Shown: positions 51,983-61,461 of the stretch, piece after piece
Numbering within the stretch: the stretch's first letter is position 1
Layout: every line of letters starts with the position of its first letter
Origin: Dehalococcoidia bacterium
GTDB taxonomy: Bacteria > Chloroflexota > Dehalococcoidia > UBA2979
Direction of reading: 5' to 3'
NCBI GenBank assembly: GCA_963667465.2
Contig: CAXXDN010000002.1
Coordinates: 1,184,001 to 1,248,000 of the forward strand
Length of the DNA stretch: 64,000 nt
The notes under the pieces: model-generated
The model's input: the letters and a program-made list of their open reading frames with translations, nothing else
Database searches by the model: none
What the model was told of the DNA's origin: nothing
Position numbers and translations under genes: made by a program

Positions 51983-52831
51983 CTACTCGCCTCCCCCCGC
52001 CGTCTCCGTGATCTCAATGCTGAGGATGCGATCGGCGGGCGGCGAGCCCGGGCCGGGCTCGCGCGCCGTCAGCGAGCGAGCGATGTCGAGGCCCCCGATC
52101 ACGCGGCCGAAGACGGTGAAGTCGGGCTCCAGAAACGGGGTCGGCTCCAGTGTGATGAAGAACTGCGAGCCACTCACGGTGGTGGACTTCGCCATCGAGA
52201 GCACCCCGGCCTCGAACGGCAGCTCGTTCGTCTCCTCGTCGAGACTGTAGCCGGGACCGCCCGCGCCCCCACCCGTGGGGTCGCCGCCCTGGGCAACGAA
52301 GCCGGTGATTACGCGGTGGAAGGTGAGGCCGTCGAAGAAGCGGTTGCGCGCGAGGAAGACGAAGTTGTTGACGTAGCCGGGCGCCTCCTGCGGCAGCAGC
52401 TCCACCCGGATGTCGCCGCGTTCCGTCCGGATCAGCGCCTCGTAGCGGTTGGATGGATCGATCTCCATCGCCGGGGGCTCACTGTACGTGCGGAGGACCC
52501 CGTCTGCGTCCGGCGTCGGCGTCGGCTCCGGCGTAGGCTCCGCCGTCGGTTCGGAGGTCCCGCCGGCCGCTGCGGCCGCCTCGGTCGGCGTTGGGGTCGT
52601 GGTCGTGGTCGGGTCGGGCGACTGGTTCCCGAACGGCGCAGTGATGAAGACAGCGCCGAGGCTGAGGACCAGCACCACGATGCCGACGGCGAAGAGCACT
52701 CGTTGGCGGCGCTGCAGCCAGCCAAAGATGCCGGGGAACTCCACCGGGCCGGCGGGATCGTAGCCGCGCAACTGGCTGCGGCGCGCGCGCTGTCGCTGGC
52801 TGCGGCGCTGCCTTCGGCGATCGTTGCTCAC
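51983..52831 (-). CDS. Membrane-anchored cyclophilin-type PPIase
   Basis: TM, Pro/Thr linker, FFDGLTFHRVITGFVAQGGDP, GSQFFI. Confidence 0.92.
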   Translation of the reverse strand: MSNDRRRQRRSQRQRARRSQLRGYDPAGPVEFPGIFGWLQRRQRVLFAVGIVVLVLSLGAVFITAPFGNQSPDPTTTTTPTPTEAAAAAGGTSEPTAEPTPEPTPTPDADGVLRTYSEPPAMEIDPSNRYEALIRTERGDIRVELLPQEAPGYVNNFVFLARNRFFDGLTFHRVITGFVAQGGDPTGGGAGGPGYSLDEETNELPFEAGVLSMAKSTTVSGSQFFITLEPTPFLEPDFTVFGRVIGGLDIARSLTAREPGPGSPPADRILSIEITETAGGGE

Positions 52832-53057
52832 GCGCGTCTCCTCGCCTGCTCACTGCGGGTTGCCTGGGCTGCGGGTTGCCTGACCTCCGCTGGCCTCGGC
52901 GAATGTACTACGAACTCGGCGGAGGGTAATCGCCAGCCGCCGGCGGGCCCGCCTGGTCGAAGCCACGAACGAGCTGGCGGTGTAGCGGATCGCCTGGGAC
53001 AGCGCCCGTGGATCAGGCTATCGTGCGGATCGGATTACGCCGAGCAGAGGGGGAGCC

Positions 53058-53582
53058 ATGAGTACCGTCGCATTCATCCAGCGCAGCCTCGAGTTCACGC
53101 ACGCCGCCCTCATCGACGCGCGCAACGGCAGCGACGAGCAGCTGCACTTCGTCCCGGAGGACGGAAGCCACTCGATCGCCTGGTGCCTCTGGCACACCTC
53201 GCGCGTCGAGGACCTGATCATCAGCCGCGTGACGGATGAGCCTCAGGTCTGGAACGAGGAGTGGGCGAACCGCACCGGACTCTCCCTCGAGGGCTTCGGC
53301 ACCGGCATGTCCGACGCGGACGCCCGGCAGGTCCGTGTCGCAGACCTCGCAGCGCTCGGCAGCTACCAGGACGCCGTCTTCGAGCGCACGTCCCAGTTCC
53401 TGGCGGACGCCACAGAGGACGATCTCGAGCGGGAGATCCCGGCCCGCAACGGCAGCGAGAGCGTCGGCGAGGCGATCTCGCTGCACATGATGGGTCACTT
53501 CAACGGCCACCGCGGGGAGATCAACCTCCTCCGCGGCATGCAGGGAATGCCCACCGTCATGGCCGCGCATGGCACCCACTAG
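53058..53582 (+). CDS. DinB/YfiT-family protein
   Basis: SIAWCLWH...ED and H..GH.GEI metal-binding motif. Confidence 0.85.
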   Translation: MSTVAFIQRSLEFTHAALIDARNGSDEQLHFVPEDGSHSIAWCLWHTSRVEDLIISRVTDEPQVWNEEWANRTGLSLEGFGTGMSDADARQVRVADLAALGSYQDAVFERTSQFLADATEDDLEREIPARNGSESVGEAISLHMMGHFNGHRGEINLLRGMQGMPTVMAAHGTH

Positions 53583-53993
53583 CGCTGCCGACCCTGACGA
53601 CACAGTACGGGAGCACAACCTCAGGGCCGGCCACGATGGTCCCGGCTGTTATGTCTGCTGGCACCCTCGGCGCGGCCGGGCGCTGTAACCGCGAAGGGCA
53701 GCTCGGCGGCCTGGAGCGCGTGGTGGCATTCAGCTCCCGGACGACTCGTCACCGCCCGGCGTCCAGCGCTCGGGCAGGGCGTTGTTGTCGCGACGGCGCC
53801 TTGCTCTTCCCGCTACCAGGGTGCTGAAGAAGCGGCCGTTGGGGCCGCCGGCGGTACCGAACGACTCCGCGTGACCGCGAGCATGATGTTGGCCTGACGC
53901 TCGGCGTCTCCGGGCACGGGCTGCCTCCCAGGCTGCGCCCCCCACTTCAGCACTTGACAGAGAAAGCGCATACGCGCTATATCAAAAGGGGGC

Positions 53994-56900
53994 ATGGCAG
54001 ATGTGTCTGCTCTGGAGTTCGCAGCACGGGTGATGCGTATGTTGCGACAAGCCCCCGTTTACCTTCTCCGTATGGCGCCGCGGAAGATCGCCAGGCTGCC
54101 GCTTCGGCTGGCGGCGGCGCTGATCGTCCTGTGGATTGCGTTGGCCCCGTCGGCGCCCGAGGCCAACGCTCAGACGCCGGACCCCGTGATCTCGATCAAG
54201 GGACTCAAGAGAGTCGATGAGGGCGGGGACGCGTCGTTCACCGTCACGGCGAGCGCGGCTCCTGCCGCCGACCTGACCATCAAGCTCAACGTCGAGGAAA
54301 CCACCGGCGGCGGCGCCAACTACGTCCCCAGCGGACAGGAAGGCGACCGGACCGTCGTCATTCGCGCCGGCAAGCAATCCGTGAAGTTCACCATCCCCAC
54401 CAATGCAAGATACGCCAGGGAAGATAACGGCAAGGTGGTCGCCAAAATTCTGGCCGGCGCCGGCTATGCCGTGACCGATTCCCAAAAGCGCTCCCAGCAA
54501 GAAACTGTAATCCGCAATCGTAATGACGGGGTGCAGCTGGATTTTGCGACCCGGTGGGTCGCTGAGTTTGGCACCGCCCCGGTCAGGATCTCTGTTCAAG
54601 TCGCCGACGGGCACGAGCTGTGGGGAACAGCTCGTACCATCAACTACACGGTGAGCGGTACGGCGGAGCGCGGCGAGGGCAAGGACTACACCATTGACGG
54701 CTGCACGTCCTCACCGTGCAGCATCAGACTGCCCGCGAACACCCACACCGTCTCGATCCTGCTGAGGATCAACAATGACGGCCTGGACGAGAATGACGAG
54801 ACCATCGTGTTCACGCTGCAAAACGGCAGCGGCTACAAGGTGAACAACAGCAGGAGAACGACAAAGGTCACCCTGAGGGACGACGACACCCGCGGCCTGA
54901 CGTTCTATCGGAGCTGGCCAGACATCGACGAGGGCGACAGCGGCACGATCAAGGTCAGGTTGTCGTCGCAGCCGACGGCCGCGGTTACGGTCAACATCGC
55001 CTCCAACAACCCGGACGTGACGGTCAGCCCTACCTCGCTCACCTTCAACCCCAGCGGCAGCAATCTCTGGAGCCGGGATCGGACGGTGACGATAGCGGCA
55101 GCGCAGGACAATGACGCGGTCGACGACACGGCAACCCTGACCTACAGGACGTCGGGCGGGGACTACGGCGGCGCCAACGCACTGAGCATCGATCGGCCGG
55201 TCGCCGTCGACGACGACGACACCAGCACCACGGTGGGGCCCAATTTGCCCCGGATCACCATCGACGGCGGCCCCGCGGTGACGGAAGGCAGCGCAGCCAG
55301 CTTCACGGTGAACGCCGCCCCGGCGCCGACCGCACGCCTCACGGTGAACGTCGAGGTCGTGGAGCCCCCCGGCCAGGACTTCGTGGCCGCGAGCCACGAG
55401 GGCGTGAGAACCATCACCCTGAACGCAGGCGCAACCTCCGCGAGCTTCACCGTCCCCACCGTGAACGACAGTACCGACGAGGCTGACGGGTTCGTGCAGG
55501 TGTTCGTGAACGACGGCCCCGGCTACAACGCCGGCGGCGGCGGCTCTGTCGACGTCAACGACAACGACGACCCCACCCCCGCAGTGTCCTTCTCCTCGGC
55601 GTCATCGAGCGTGGGCGAGGGCGGCGGCTCGACCGGCGTGCGTGTGAATCTCACCCGGCCTGCGCCCTCGGGCGGCCTCACGGTCCGCTACACCGTCAGC
55701 GGCACCGCGAGGGCTGGAGGCAGCAACGACTTCACGATTCAGAACTCCGGCACGCTGAGCATCGCGGCTGGAGCGAGCTCCGCGACCATCCCGGTCGCCA
55801 TCAATGACGACAGCGCCACCGAGAACGCCGAGACGGTCATCCTGACCCTCAGCGGCGGCACGGGTTACACGCCGGGCAGCACGACGGTCCACACGCTGAC
55901 CATCAACGACAACGACAATGCGTCACAGCCCGCGGCGTCCTTCACCTCGGCAGCTTCGAGCGCGGCGGAGAGCGCCGGCACTCGCAATGTCACGGTCAAC
56001 CTGTCCTCAGGCGCCCCTTCGGGCGGTGTCACCATCGGCTACAGCGCCACCGGAACGGCGACGGGTGGCAGCGGCAACGACTTCACGATCCAGAACTCCG
56101 GCACGCTGAGCATCGCGGCTGGAGCGACCTCCGCCACCATCCCGGTCGCCATCAATGACGACAACGCGCGGGAAAGCGCCGAGACGGTCATCCTGACCCT
56201 CAGCAGCGGCACGGGGTACACGCTGGGCAGCCCGACGGTCCACACGCTGACCATCAACGACAACGACGGCTCAGGCCCCGCGCTGCCTTCAGCTTCACTC
56301 GCCTCGGCGTCTTCGAGTGCGGCTGAGAGCGCCGGCACTCGCAACGTGAGGGTCAACCTGTCCTCGGCTGCACCTTCGGGTGGCTTGTCGGTCAGGTACA
56401 GCGTCACCGGCACGGCGACAGCGGGCAGCGGCAACGACTTCACCATCCAGAACTCCGGCACGCTGAGCGTCGCGGCTGGAGCGACCTCCGCGACCATCCG
56501 GGTCGCCATCAATGACGACAGCGCGCGGGAAAGCGCCGAGACGGTCATCCTGACCCTCACCAGCGGCACGGGGTACACGCTGGGCAGCCCGACGGTCCAC
56601 ACGCTGACCATCACCGACAACGACAGTCCGCGGGCGCCCGATCGGGAACCCACCAGCGCCGACTCGGGGGGCAGCTTCGTCGATGGCGGCGGGATCACCG
56701 ACGACGGCCCGGCGCGCGACCTGACCCCGAGCGAGGCTGACTTCGAATGGACCGTCGACCGTGACCTCGATGAACTCGACAGCGGCCACGCGATGCCCAC
56801 GGGGCTGTGGTCGGACGGCGCGACCCTTTGGCTGCTCCACAACGCATCCGGCGCCGGCGACGCCGTCTACGCCTACGACCTCGAGAGCGGCGAGCGCCTT

Positions 56901-58568
56901 GAGGACCGTGAGTTCGCGCTCGCCGAGCGCAACCGCTCCCCCCGCGGGATCTGGTCGGACGGCACGACGGTGTGGGTCTCCGACAGCGGCCAGGACAAGC
57001 TCTTTGCCTCGGTCCTCGCCACGGGCGAGCGCCTCGAGGACCGTGAATTCGAGCTGCACGACCGGAACGCCGACGCGCGCGGCATCTGGTCGGACGGGGA
57101 GACCATGTGGGTGCTCGACGGCGGGAAGGACAGCCTCTTCGCCTACGACCTCGCCAGCGGCGACCTCCTCGCTGAGTACTCCCTCGACTCACGCAACCAC
57201 GACCCCCGCGGCCTCTGGTCCGACGGCGTCTCGTTCTGGGTGTCCGACCACGGCCTCAAGCAGATCTGGGCCTACCGTGTGCCCGCTCTGCCTGAGACCG
57301 CTGTGCCTGAGGGAGGGGAACCGGCGAATGAGCCGCCGGCCCTCGAACGCGTCGCTGACGAGGACTTCACCCACCTCTCCCGCGCAAGCAACAACAGCCC
57401 GCGCGGCATCTGGTCCGACGGCGTCCTGATGTACGTCGCCGACGCCAACGACGGCAGGATCTACAGCTACAACATGCCCGCGGCGATCGATGCCCGCCTC
57501 ACCTCACTGGAGCTCAGCGGGGTCAACTTCGGAGAGTTCGACCCCCGCCGCACCGAGTACGACGGGGTGGCAGCCGAGGGCGTGACGACGACGACGGTCG
57601 AGGCCGAGGCGGCACAAGCGGACGCCACGGTCGTGATCGAGCCGGCAGACGACGACACGGCGGCCGCGGGACACCAGGTCGCACTGACCGCGGTCGAGCA
57701 GATCGTGATCACCGTCACCTCGGAGGACGGCAGCCGTGAGCGCAGCTACCGCGTGCGCCTCGCCGAGCTCGCCGAGCTCGCCGAGATCGCCGAGGCCGGG
57801 CCGTCCGCGAGCTGCCTGCGCGGCGCCGTCAACGTCGGCTTCAGCCTCGTGGTGTACGAGGGCGGCAGCCTCGACGAGCTCGTGGCCTGTGCGGAGGGCC
57901 GCCACGCCACGGCGCTCTACGTCCTCGTGGACGGCGACTGGGTGTCCTACCACTCCGGCGCGCCGGACTTCGTGAACGCACCTTTCCACGCGCTGTTTGC
58001 CGACGGCGTCCCGGCCGCGACGCCGCTGATCGTGCGCAGCGCGGGTCCGGTGTCGCCGGCCCCACCCGCACCCGAGGTCGCCGAGCCCTCCCCGACCTGC
58101 CTCAGCGGCGAGCTATCGGAACGCTTCAGCCTCGTGGTGTACGAGGGCGGCAGCCTCGAGGATCTCGCTGCGTGCGCCGAGAGCCTCGGGGTCACAGCAC
58201 TGTACGCGCTGCACGACGGAACCTGGGTCTCTTACATCCTTGGAGTGAACGGAGTGTCGGAGTTCGTGAACGCACCCTTCCGCGCGCTGTTCACCGACGG
58301 CGTCCCGGCCGGGACGCCGCTGTCCGTGTGGGGCGAGGGGCAGGCGGCAGGCGAGGAGCGGAGCACCGAGGTCAGCGAGCAGGGAGTGCTGCGGCGAGCT
58401 GCGCCTCCGACAGCTCTCGCCACCTCGACAACGAGGCGCGTGCGTTCATCCGGTCATTCGTCAAGGAGATCGCGGTCAAGCCCGCGACGGCCACGATCCG
58501 CTACACCATCCCGACACCGCCCGACAGCCGCATCGCCGGAAGGATGTCGCGGCGATCAGCCTGCCTGA
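53994..58568 (+). CDS. Large secreted surface protein: Calx-beta-like repeats, WSDG beta-propeller, cadherin-like sandwich, tandem C-terminal domain (start uncertain; 3' tail probably read-through)
   Basis: Signal peptide ending ANA-Q; INDDxxxExxETVILTL repeats; five GxWSDG blades; TTGACA at 53954. Confidence 0.85.
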   Translation: MADVSALEFAARVMRMLRQAPVYLLRMAPRKIARLPLRLAAALIVLWIALAPSAPEANAQTPDPVISIKGLKRVDEGGDASFTVTASAAPAADLTIKLNVEETTGGGANYVPSGQEGDRTVVIRAGKQSVKFTIPTNARYAREDNGKVVAKILAGAGYAVTDSQKRSQQETVIRNRNDGVQLDFATRWVAEFGTAPVRISVQVADGHELWGTARTINYTVSGTAERGEGKDYTIDGCTSSPCSIRLPANTHTVSILLRINNDGLDENDETIVFTLQNGSGYKVNNSRRTTKVTLRDDDTRGLTFYRSWPDIDEGDSGTIKVRLSSQPTAAVTVNIASNNPDVTVSPTSLTFNPSGSNLWSRDRTVTIAAAQDNDAVDDTATLTYRTSGGDYGGANALSIDRPVAVDDDDTSTTVGPNLPRITIDGGPAVTEGSAASFTVNAAPAPTARLTVNVEVVEPPGQDFVAASHEGVRTITLNAGATSASFTVPTVNDSTDEADGFVQVFVNDGPGYNAGGGGSVDVNDNDDPTPAVSFSSASSSVGEGGGSTGVRVNLTRPAPSGGLTVRYTVSGTARAGGSNDFTIQNSGTLSIAAGASSATIPVAINDDSATENAETVILTLSGGTGYTPGSTTVHTLTINDNDNASQPAASFTSAASSAAESAGTRNVTVNLSSGAPSGGVTIGYSATGTATGGSGNDFTIQNSGTLSIAAGATSATIPVAINDDNARESAETVILTLSSGTGYTLGSPTVHTLTINDNDGSGPALPSASLASASSSAAESAGTRNVRVNLSSAAPSGGLSVRYSVTGTATAGSGNDFTIQNSGTLSVAAGATSATIRVAINDDSARESAETVILTLTSGTGYTLGSPTVHTLTITDNDSPRAPDREPTSADSGGSFVDGGGITDDGPARDLTPSEADFEWTVDRDLDELDSGHAMPTGLWSDGATLWLLHNASGAGDAVYAYDLESGERLEDREFALAERNRSPRGIWSDGTTVWVSDSGQDKLFASVLATGERLEDREFELHDRNADARGIWSDGETMWVLDGGKDSLFAYDLASGDLLAEYSLDSRNHDPRGLWSDGVSFWVSDHGLKQIWAYRVPALPETAVPEGGEPANEPPALERVADEDFTHLSRASNNSPRGIWSDGVLMYVADANDGRIYSYNMPAAIDARLTSLELSGVNFGEFDPRRTEYDGVAAEGVTTTTVEAEAAQADATVVIEPADDDTAAAGHQVALTAVEQIVITVTSEDGSRERSYRVRLAELAELAEIAEAGPSASCLRGAVNVGFSLVVYEGGSLDELVACAEGRHATALYVLVDGDWVSYHSGAPDFVNAPFHALFADGVPAATPLIVRSAGPVSPAPPAPEVAEPSPTCLSGELSERFSLVVYEGGSLEDLAACAESLGVTALYALHDGTWVSYILGVNGVSEFVNAPFRALFTDGVPAGTPLSVWGEGQAAGEERSTEVSEQGVLRRAAPPTALATSTTRRVRSSGHSSRRSRSSPRRPRSATPSRHRPTAASPEGCRGDQPA
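55580..56625 (+). repeat. Three near-identical ~351-357-bp intragenic repeats (Calx-beta-like)
   Basis: AACGACTTCAC.AT.CAGAACTCCGGCACGCTGAGC at 55725, 56076 and 56433. Confidence 0.92.
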
Positions 58569-58592
58569 GGACATTCGCAACACGGTTTCGCT
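58421..58592 (+). pseudogene. C-terminal relic of a large serine recombinase
   Basis: ARAFIRSFVKEIAVKPATATIRYTIP resembles the serine integrase C-terminal motif; frame runs into the tRNA 3' end. Confidence 0.6.
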
Positions 58593-58667
58593 TGGTACCC
58601 TCGGCAGGATTCGAACCTGCGCACCCGGCTCCGGAGGCCGGTGCTCTATCCCCTGAGCTACGAGGGC
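58593..58667 (-). tRNA. tRNA-Arg (CCG)
   Basis: GCCCTCG/CGAGGGT acceptor, CCGGC-CTCCGGA-GCCGG anticodon arm, CCA. Confidence 0.96.
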
Positions 58668-58715
58668 GCGACGATCAGTGTAGGGAGCGCGCTTCGTCGT
58701 CGGCAAGCGCGTGCG

Positions 58716-59858
58716 CTATGCCTCGCCGGCCGTGACCTCGGCGAAGAACGCCGCCACGTCCTCCGCGAACAGCTGCGGCTGCTCCATCGCCGCGAAGTGG
58801 CCGCCGCGCGGCGGTTCGCTCCAGCGGACGAGCCGGTAGGAACGCTCGAGGACCGCTCGGGGCGCCGTCCACGGCTCGCCCCGGAAGCGCGCGAACGCCA
58901 TCGGCACGGGCGGGGCCGCCGAGGCGCGGAACGGCGGCGACTCGCGGCGGCTCTCGTAGTAGGTGCGTGCCGCCGACAGTGCGCTGCCGGTCAGCCAGTA
59001 GAGCGTCACGTTCGCCAGCACCGCGTCGCGATCGAACGTCTCCCAGAGCTCGCCCGGCTCGCTCCACGCCTGGAACTTCTCGAGGATCCAGGCGAGCAAT
59101 CCGATCGGTGAGTCGTTGAGCGAGTAGGCGAGCGTCTGTGGCTTCGTGCCCTGGATGTGGCCGTAGGCGCCCTCGAGATCGCGCCACTCCGCCATCTGCT
59201 CGCGCCACTCGGCCTCCTCGGCCGAGAGCGGCGTGTCCGGCGAGGCCAGCACGAGTCCCGACGGGAAGTTGAGGTGCAGCCCCAGCACGGCCTGTGGCTG
59301 CTGGTGCGTCAGCCGCGCTCCGATGACGGAGCCCCAGTCGCCGCCCTGCACGCCGTAGCGCTCGTGGCCAAGCTCCGTCATCAGCGCGTGCATGCGCTCC
59401 GCGATCCGGCCCGGGTGCATCCCCGGCTCCCGCGCCGCCTCGGAGAACCCGTAGCCCGGCAGCGAGGGCACGACGACCTCGAAGCCGGGCGCGCCCGCGA
59501 CGCCGTCCGCGAGCAGCTCCGCCGCGGGCAGCAGCTCGATGAACGAGCCCGGCCAGCCGTGCAGCAGCAGCAGTGGCGTGCGCCCTTCGCCCGTCCCGAG
59601 AACGACGCAGTGCAGCGCCTCGCGCGCGTCGTCGACGGGGCCGCGCAGGTGCGTGAGCCGGTTGAGCGAGTCCTGCACCTTGAACCAGTCGAACTCGTGC
59701 CGCCAGTGGCGCCCGAGGTCGCGCAGCACGGCGTCGTCGGTACCGGCGGACCAGCCCGTCGGGAACGGGATCGAGGGCCAGCGCGCCTCGTCGATGCGCC
59801 TGTGGAGATCCGCGATCGCGGCCTCGCCGAAGTCGATGCGGAAGGGTTGCAGTGCCAT
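58716..59858 (-). CDS. Epoxide hydrolase (EHN-type)
   Basis: PFRI...DLHRRI, HGWPGSF, QGGDWG, GGHFAAMEQP. Confidence 0.93.
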   Translation of the reverse strand: MALQPFRIDFGEAAIADLHRRIDEARWPSIPFPTGWSAGTDDAVLRDLGRHWRHEFDWFKVQDSLNRLTHLRGPVDDAREALHCVVLGTGEGRTPLLLLHGWPGSFIELLPAAELLADGVAGAPGFEVVVPSLPGYGFSEAAREPGMHPGRIAERMHALMTELGHERYGVQGGDWGSVIGARLTHQQPQAVLGLHLNFPSGLVLASPDTPLSAEEAEWREQMAEWRDLEGAYGHIQGTKPQTLAYSLNDSPIGLLAWILEKFQAWSEPGELWETFDRDAVLANVTLYWLTGSALSAARTYYESRRESPPFRASAAPPVPMAFARFRGEPWTAPRAVLERSYRLVRWSEPPRGGHFAAMEQPQLFAEDVAAFFAEVTAGEA

Positions 59859-59872
59859 GGGCGCAGTATCGC

Positions 59873-61402
59873 CTACTCGCGCCCCCTGCGCCGGTACTGG
59901 ATTGCCTCGGCGAGGTGCGCGGACGAGATCTCGTCGGCGCCCTCGAGGTCGGCGATGGTGCGGGCGACACGCAGCACGCGATGGAAGGCGCGCGCCGAGA
60001 GGCCGATCTGCTCCATAGCCGCCGCGAGCAGCGGCTCCGCGCCGGCCTCGAGCTGTTGCTGGCAGAAGCGCCGCACCTCCTGCGGCCCCATCTCCGCGTT
60101 GGTCAGCGCGTCGCCGGCGGCGGCGTCAGTGCCGGCGAGCCGCTCGCGCTGCCGGGCGCGGGCGACCTCGACGCGCTCGCGCACTTCGGCGCTCGACTCG
60201 CCCGAGGGTGCGCGCGTCAGGTCGTCGTACTCGACGCGCGGCACGTCGACAAAGAGGTCGAAGCGGTCGAGCAGCGGCCCGGAGACGCGGCGCTGATAGC
60301 GCGAGACGGTCGCCTCCGGACAGGCGCAGGAGCGCCGGCTGTCGCCGTAGTAGCCGCAGGGGCAGGGGTTCATCGCCGCGACGAGCAGAATGCGCGCGGG
60401 GAAGCTGACGGAGCCGCGCACGCGCGAGATCGTGACCGAGCCCGCCTCCAGCGGCTCGCGCAACGCCTCGAGGGCGCTCCCCGGGTACTCCGGGAACTCG
60501 TCGAGGAAGAGCACGCCGCGGTGCGCGAGCGAGATCTCGCCCGGCCGGATTATGCTGCCGCCGCCGACCAGGCCGGCGTGCGAGATGGTGTGATGCGGGG
60601 CGCGGAAGGGCCGCTGGCGGATGAACGGGCGGTCCTGGCCCATCATCCCGGCGACCGAGTAGACCTTCGTGACCTGCAGCGCCTCCGCCGAAGTCAGCTC
60701 CGGCAGCAGGCCGGGCACGCAGCGCGCCAGCAGCGTCTTCCCGGAGCCGGGCGGGCCCTGCAGCATGACGTTGTGCCCGCCCGCGGCGGCGACCTCCAGC
60801 GCGCGCTTGACGTGCTCCTGCCCATGCACCGCCGCGAGGTCGAACGCAGGCCTGGGAAGCTCGTCGGGCTCGTCGTCGCCGTCCTCGCAGGCCCAGCCGT
60901 CCGGCTCGGCGCGCACATCGGAGAGGGTGGCGAGGCCGCGCACGTCCACCAGCTCGGCGAGCCGCGCCTCGGCGACGTCGTCCGGCGGCACCACCGCCGT
61001 GCCGATGCCCTGGTCGGCGCACATCGAGACGAGCGGCAGCACGCCGCTGACGTGACGCAGGCGCCCGTCGAGCGAGAGCTCGCCGAGCAGCGCCATCTCC
61101 TCGAAACGGTCGGGCACCTGGTGCGAGGCCACGAGGATCGCGACCGCAATCGGCAGGTCGTAGAGCGGGCCCTGCTTGCGCACGTCCGCGGGGGCGAGGT
61201 TGACGGTGATGCGCCGCAGCGGGAACTCGAAGCCCGCATTGCGGATCGCCGCGCGTACGCGCTCCTTCGCCTCCTGCACAGCCGTGTCCGGCAACCCCAC
61301 GATCTGGAACGCGGGCAAGCCGCTTCCGATATCCACCTCGACATCGACGGGGATGCCGTCGATGCCCACTACTGCTCCGCTGCGAACCTTTGCGAGTGCC
61401 AT
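59873..61402 (-). CDS. comM: ComM/YifB Mg-chelatase-like AAA+ ATPase
   Basis: VGLPDTAVQEAKERV, NLAPAD, GPPGSGKT, RAPHH, LFLDE, NPCPCG. Confidence 0.95.
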   Translation of the reverse strand: MALAKVRSGAVVGIDGIPVDVEVDIGSGLPAFQIVGLPDTAVQEAKERVRAAIRNAGFEFPLRRITVNLAPADVRKQGPLYDLPIAVAILVASHQVPDRFEEMALLGELSLDGRLRHVSGVLPLVSMCADQGIGTAVVPPDDVAEARLAELVDVRGLATLSDVRAEPDGWACEDGDDEPDELPRPAFDLAAVHGQEHVKRALEVAAAGGHNVMLQGPPGSGKTLLARCVPGLLPELTSAEALQVTKVYSVAGMMGQDRPFIRQRPFRAPHHTISHAGLVGGGSIIRPGEISLAHRGVLFLDEFPEYPGSALEALREPLEAGSVTISRVRGSVSFPARILLVAAMNPCPCGYYGDSRRSCACPEATVSRYQRRVSGPLLDRFDLFVDVPRVEYDDLTRAPSGESSAEVRERVEVARARQRERLAGTDAAAGDALTNAEMGPQEVRRFCQQQLEAGAEPLLAAAMEQIGLSARAFHRVLRVARTIADLEGADEISSAHLAEAIQYRRRGRE

Positions 61403-61461
61403 GTGCAGGTTGTAGCACACCCGTTCGCTTCGTGGCAACCCCGTGTCAGGCCGAACCGCGC

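Larger units (their letters stand above)
53659..58605. mobile_element. Decayed genomic island at the tRNA-Arg 3' end
   Basis: Direct repeat TGGCACCCTCGGC (53659-53671) / TGGTACCCTCGGC (58593-58605, tRNA 3' end); recombinase-like relic next to the tRNA. Confidence 0.6.

Noticed and set aside
51445-52831. Tandem cyclophilin genes
   Set aside because: Both have an intact FHRV motif; an ordinary paralog pair
53672-53950. Short ORFs inside the left end of the island
   Set aside because: No recognisable homology or consistent frame
55580-57475. Repeats considered as a CRISPR array or DGR template/variable repeats
   Set aside because: In-frame protein domain repeats with no unique spacers; no cas or reverse transcriptase genes in the window
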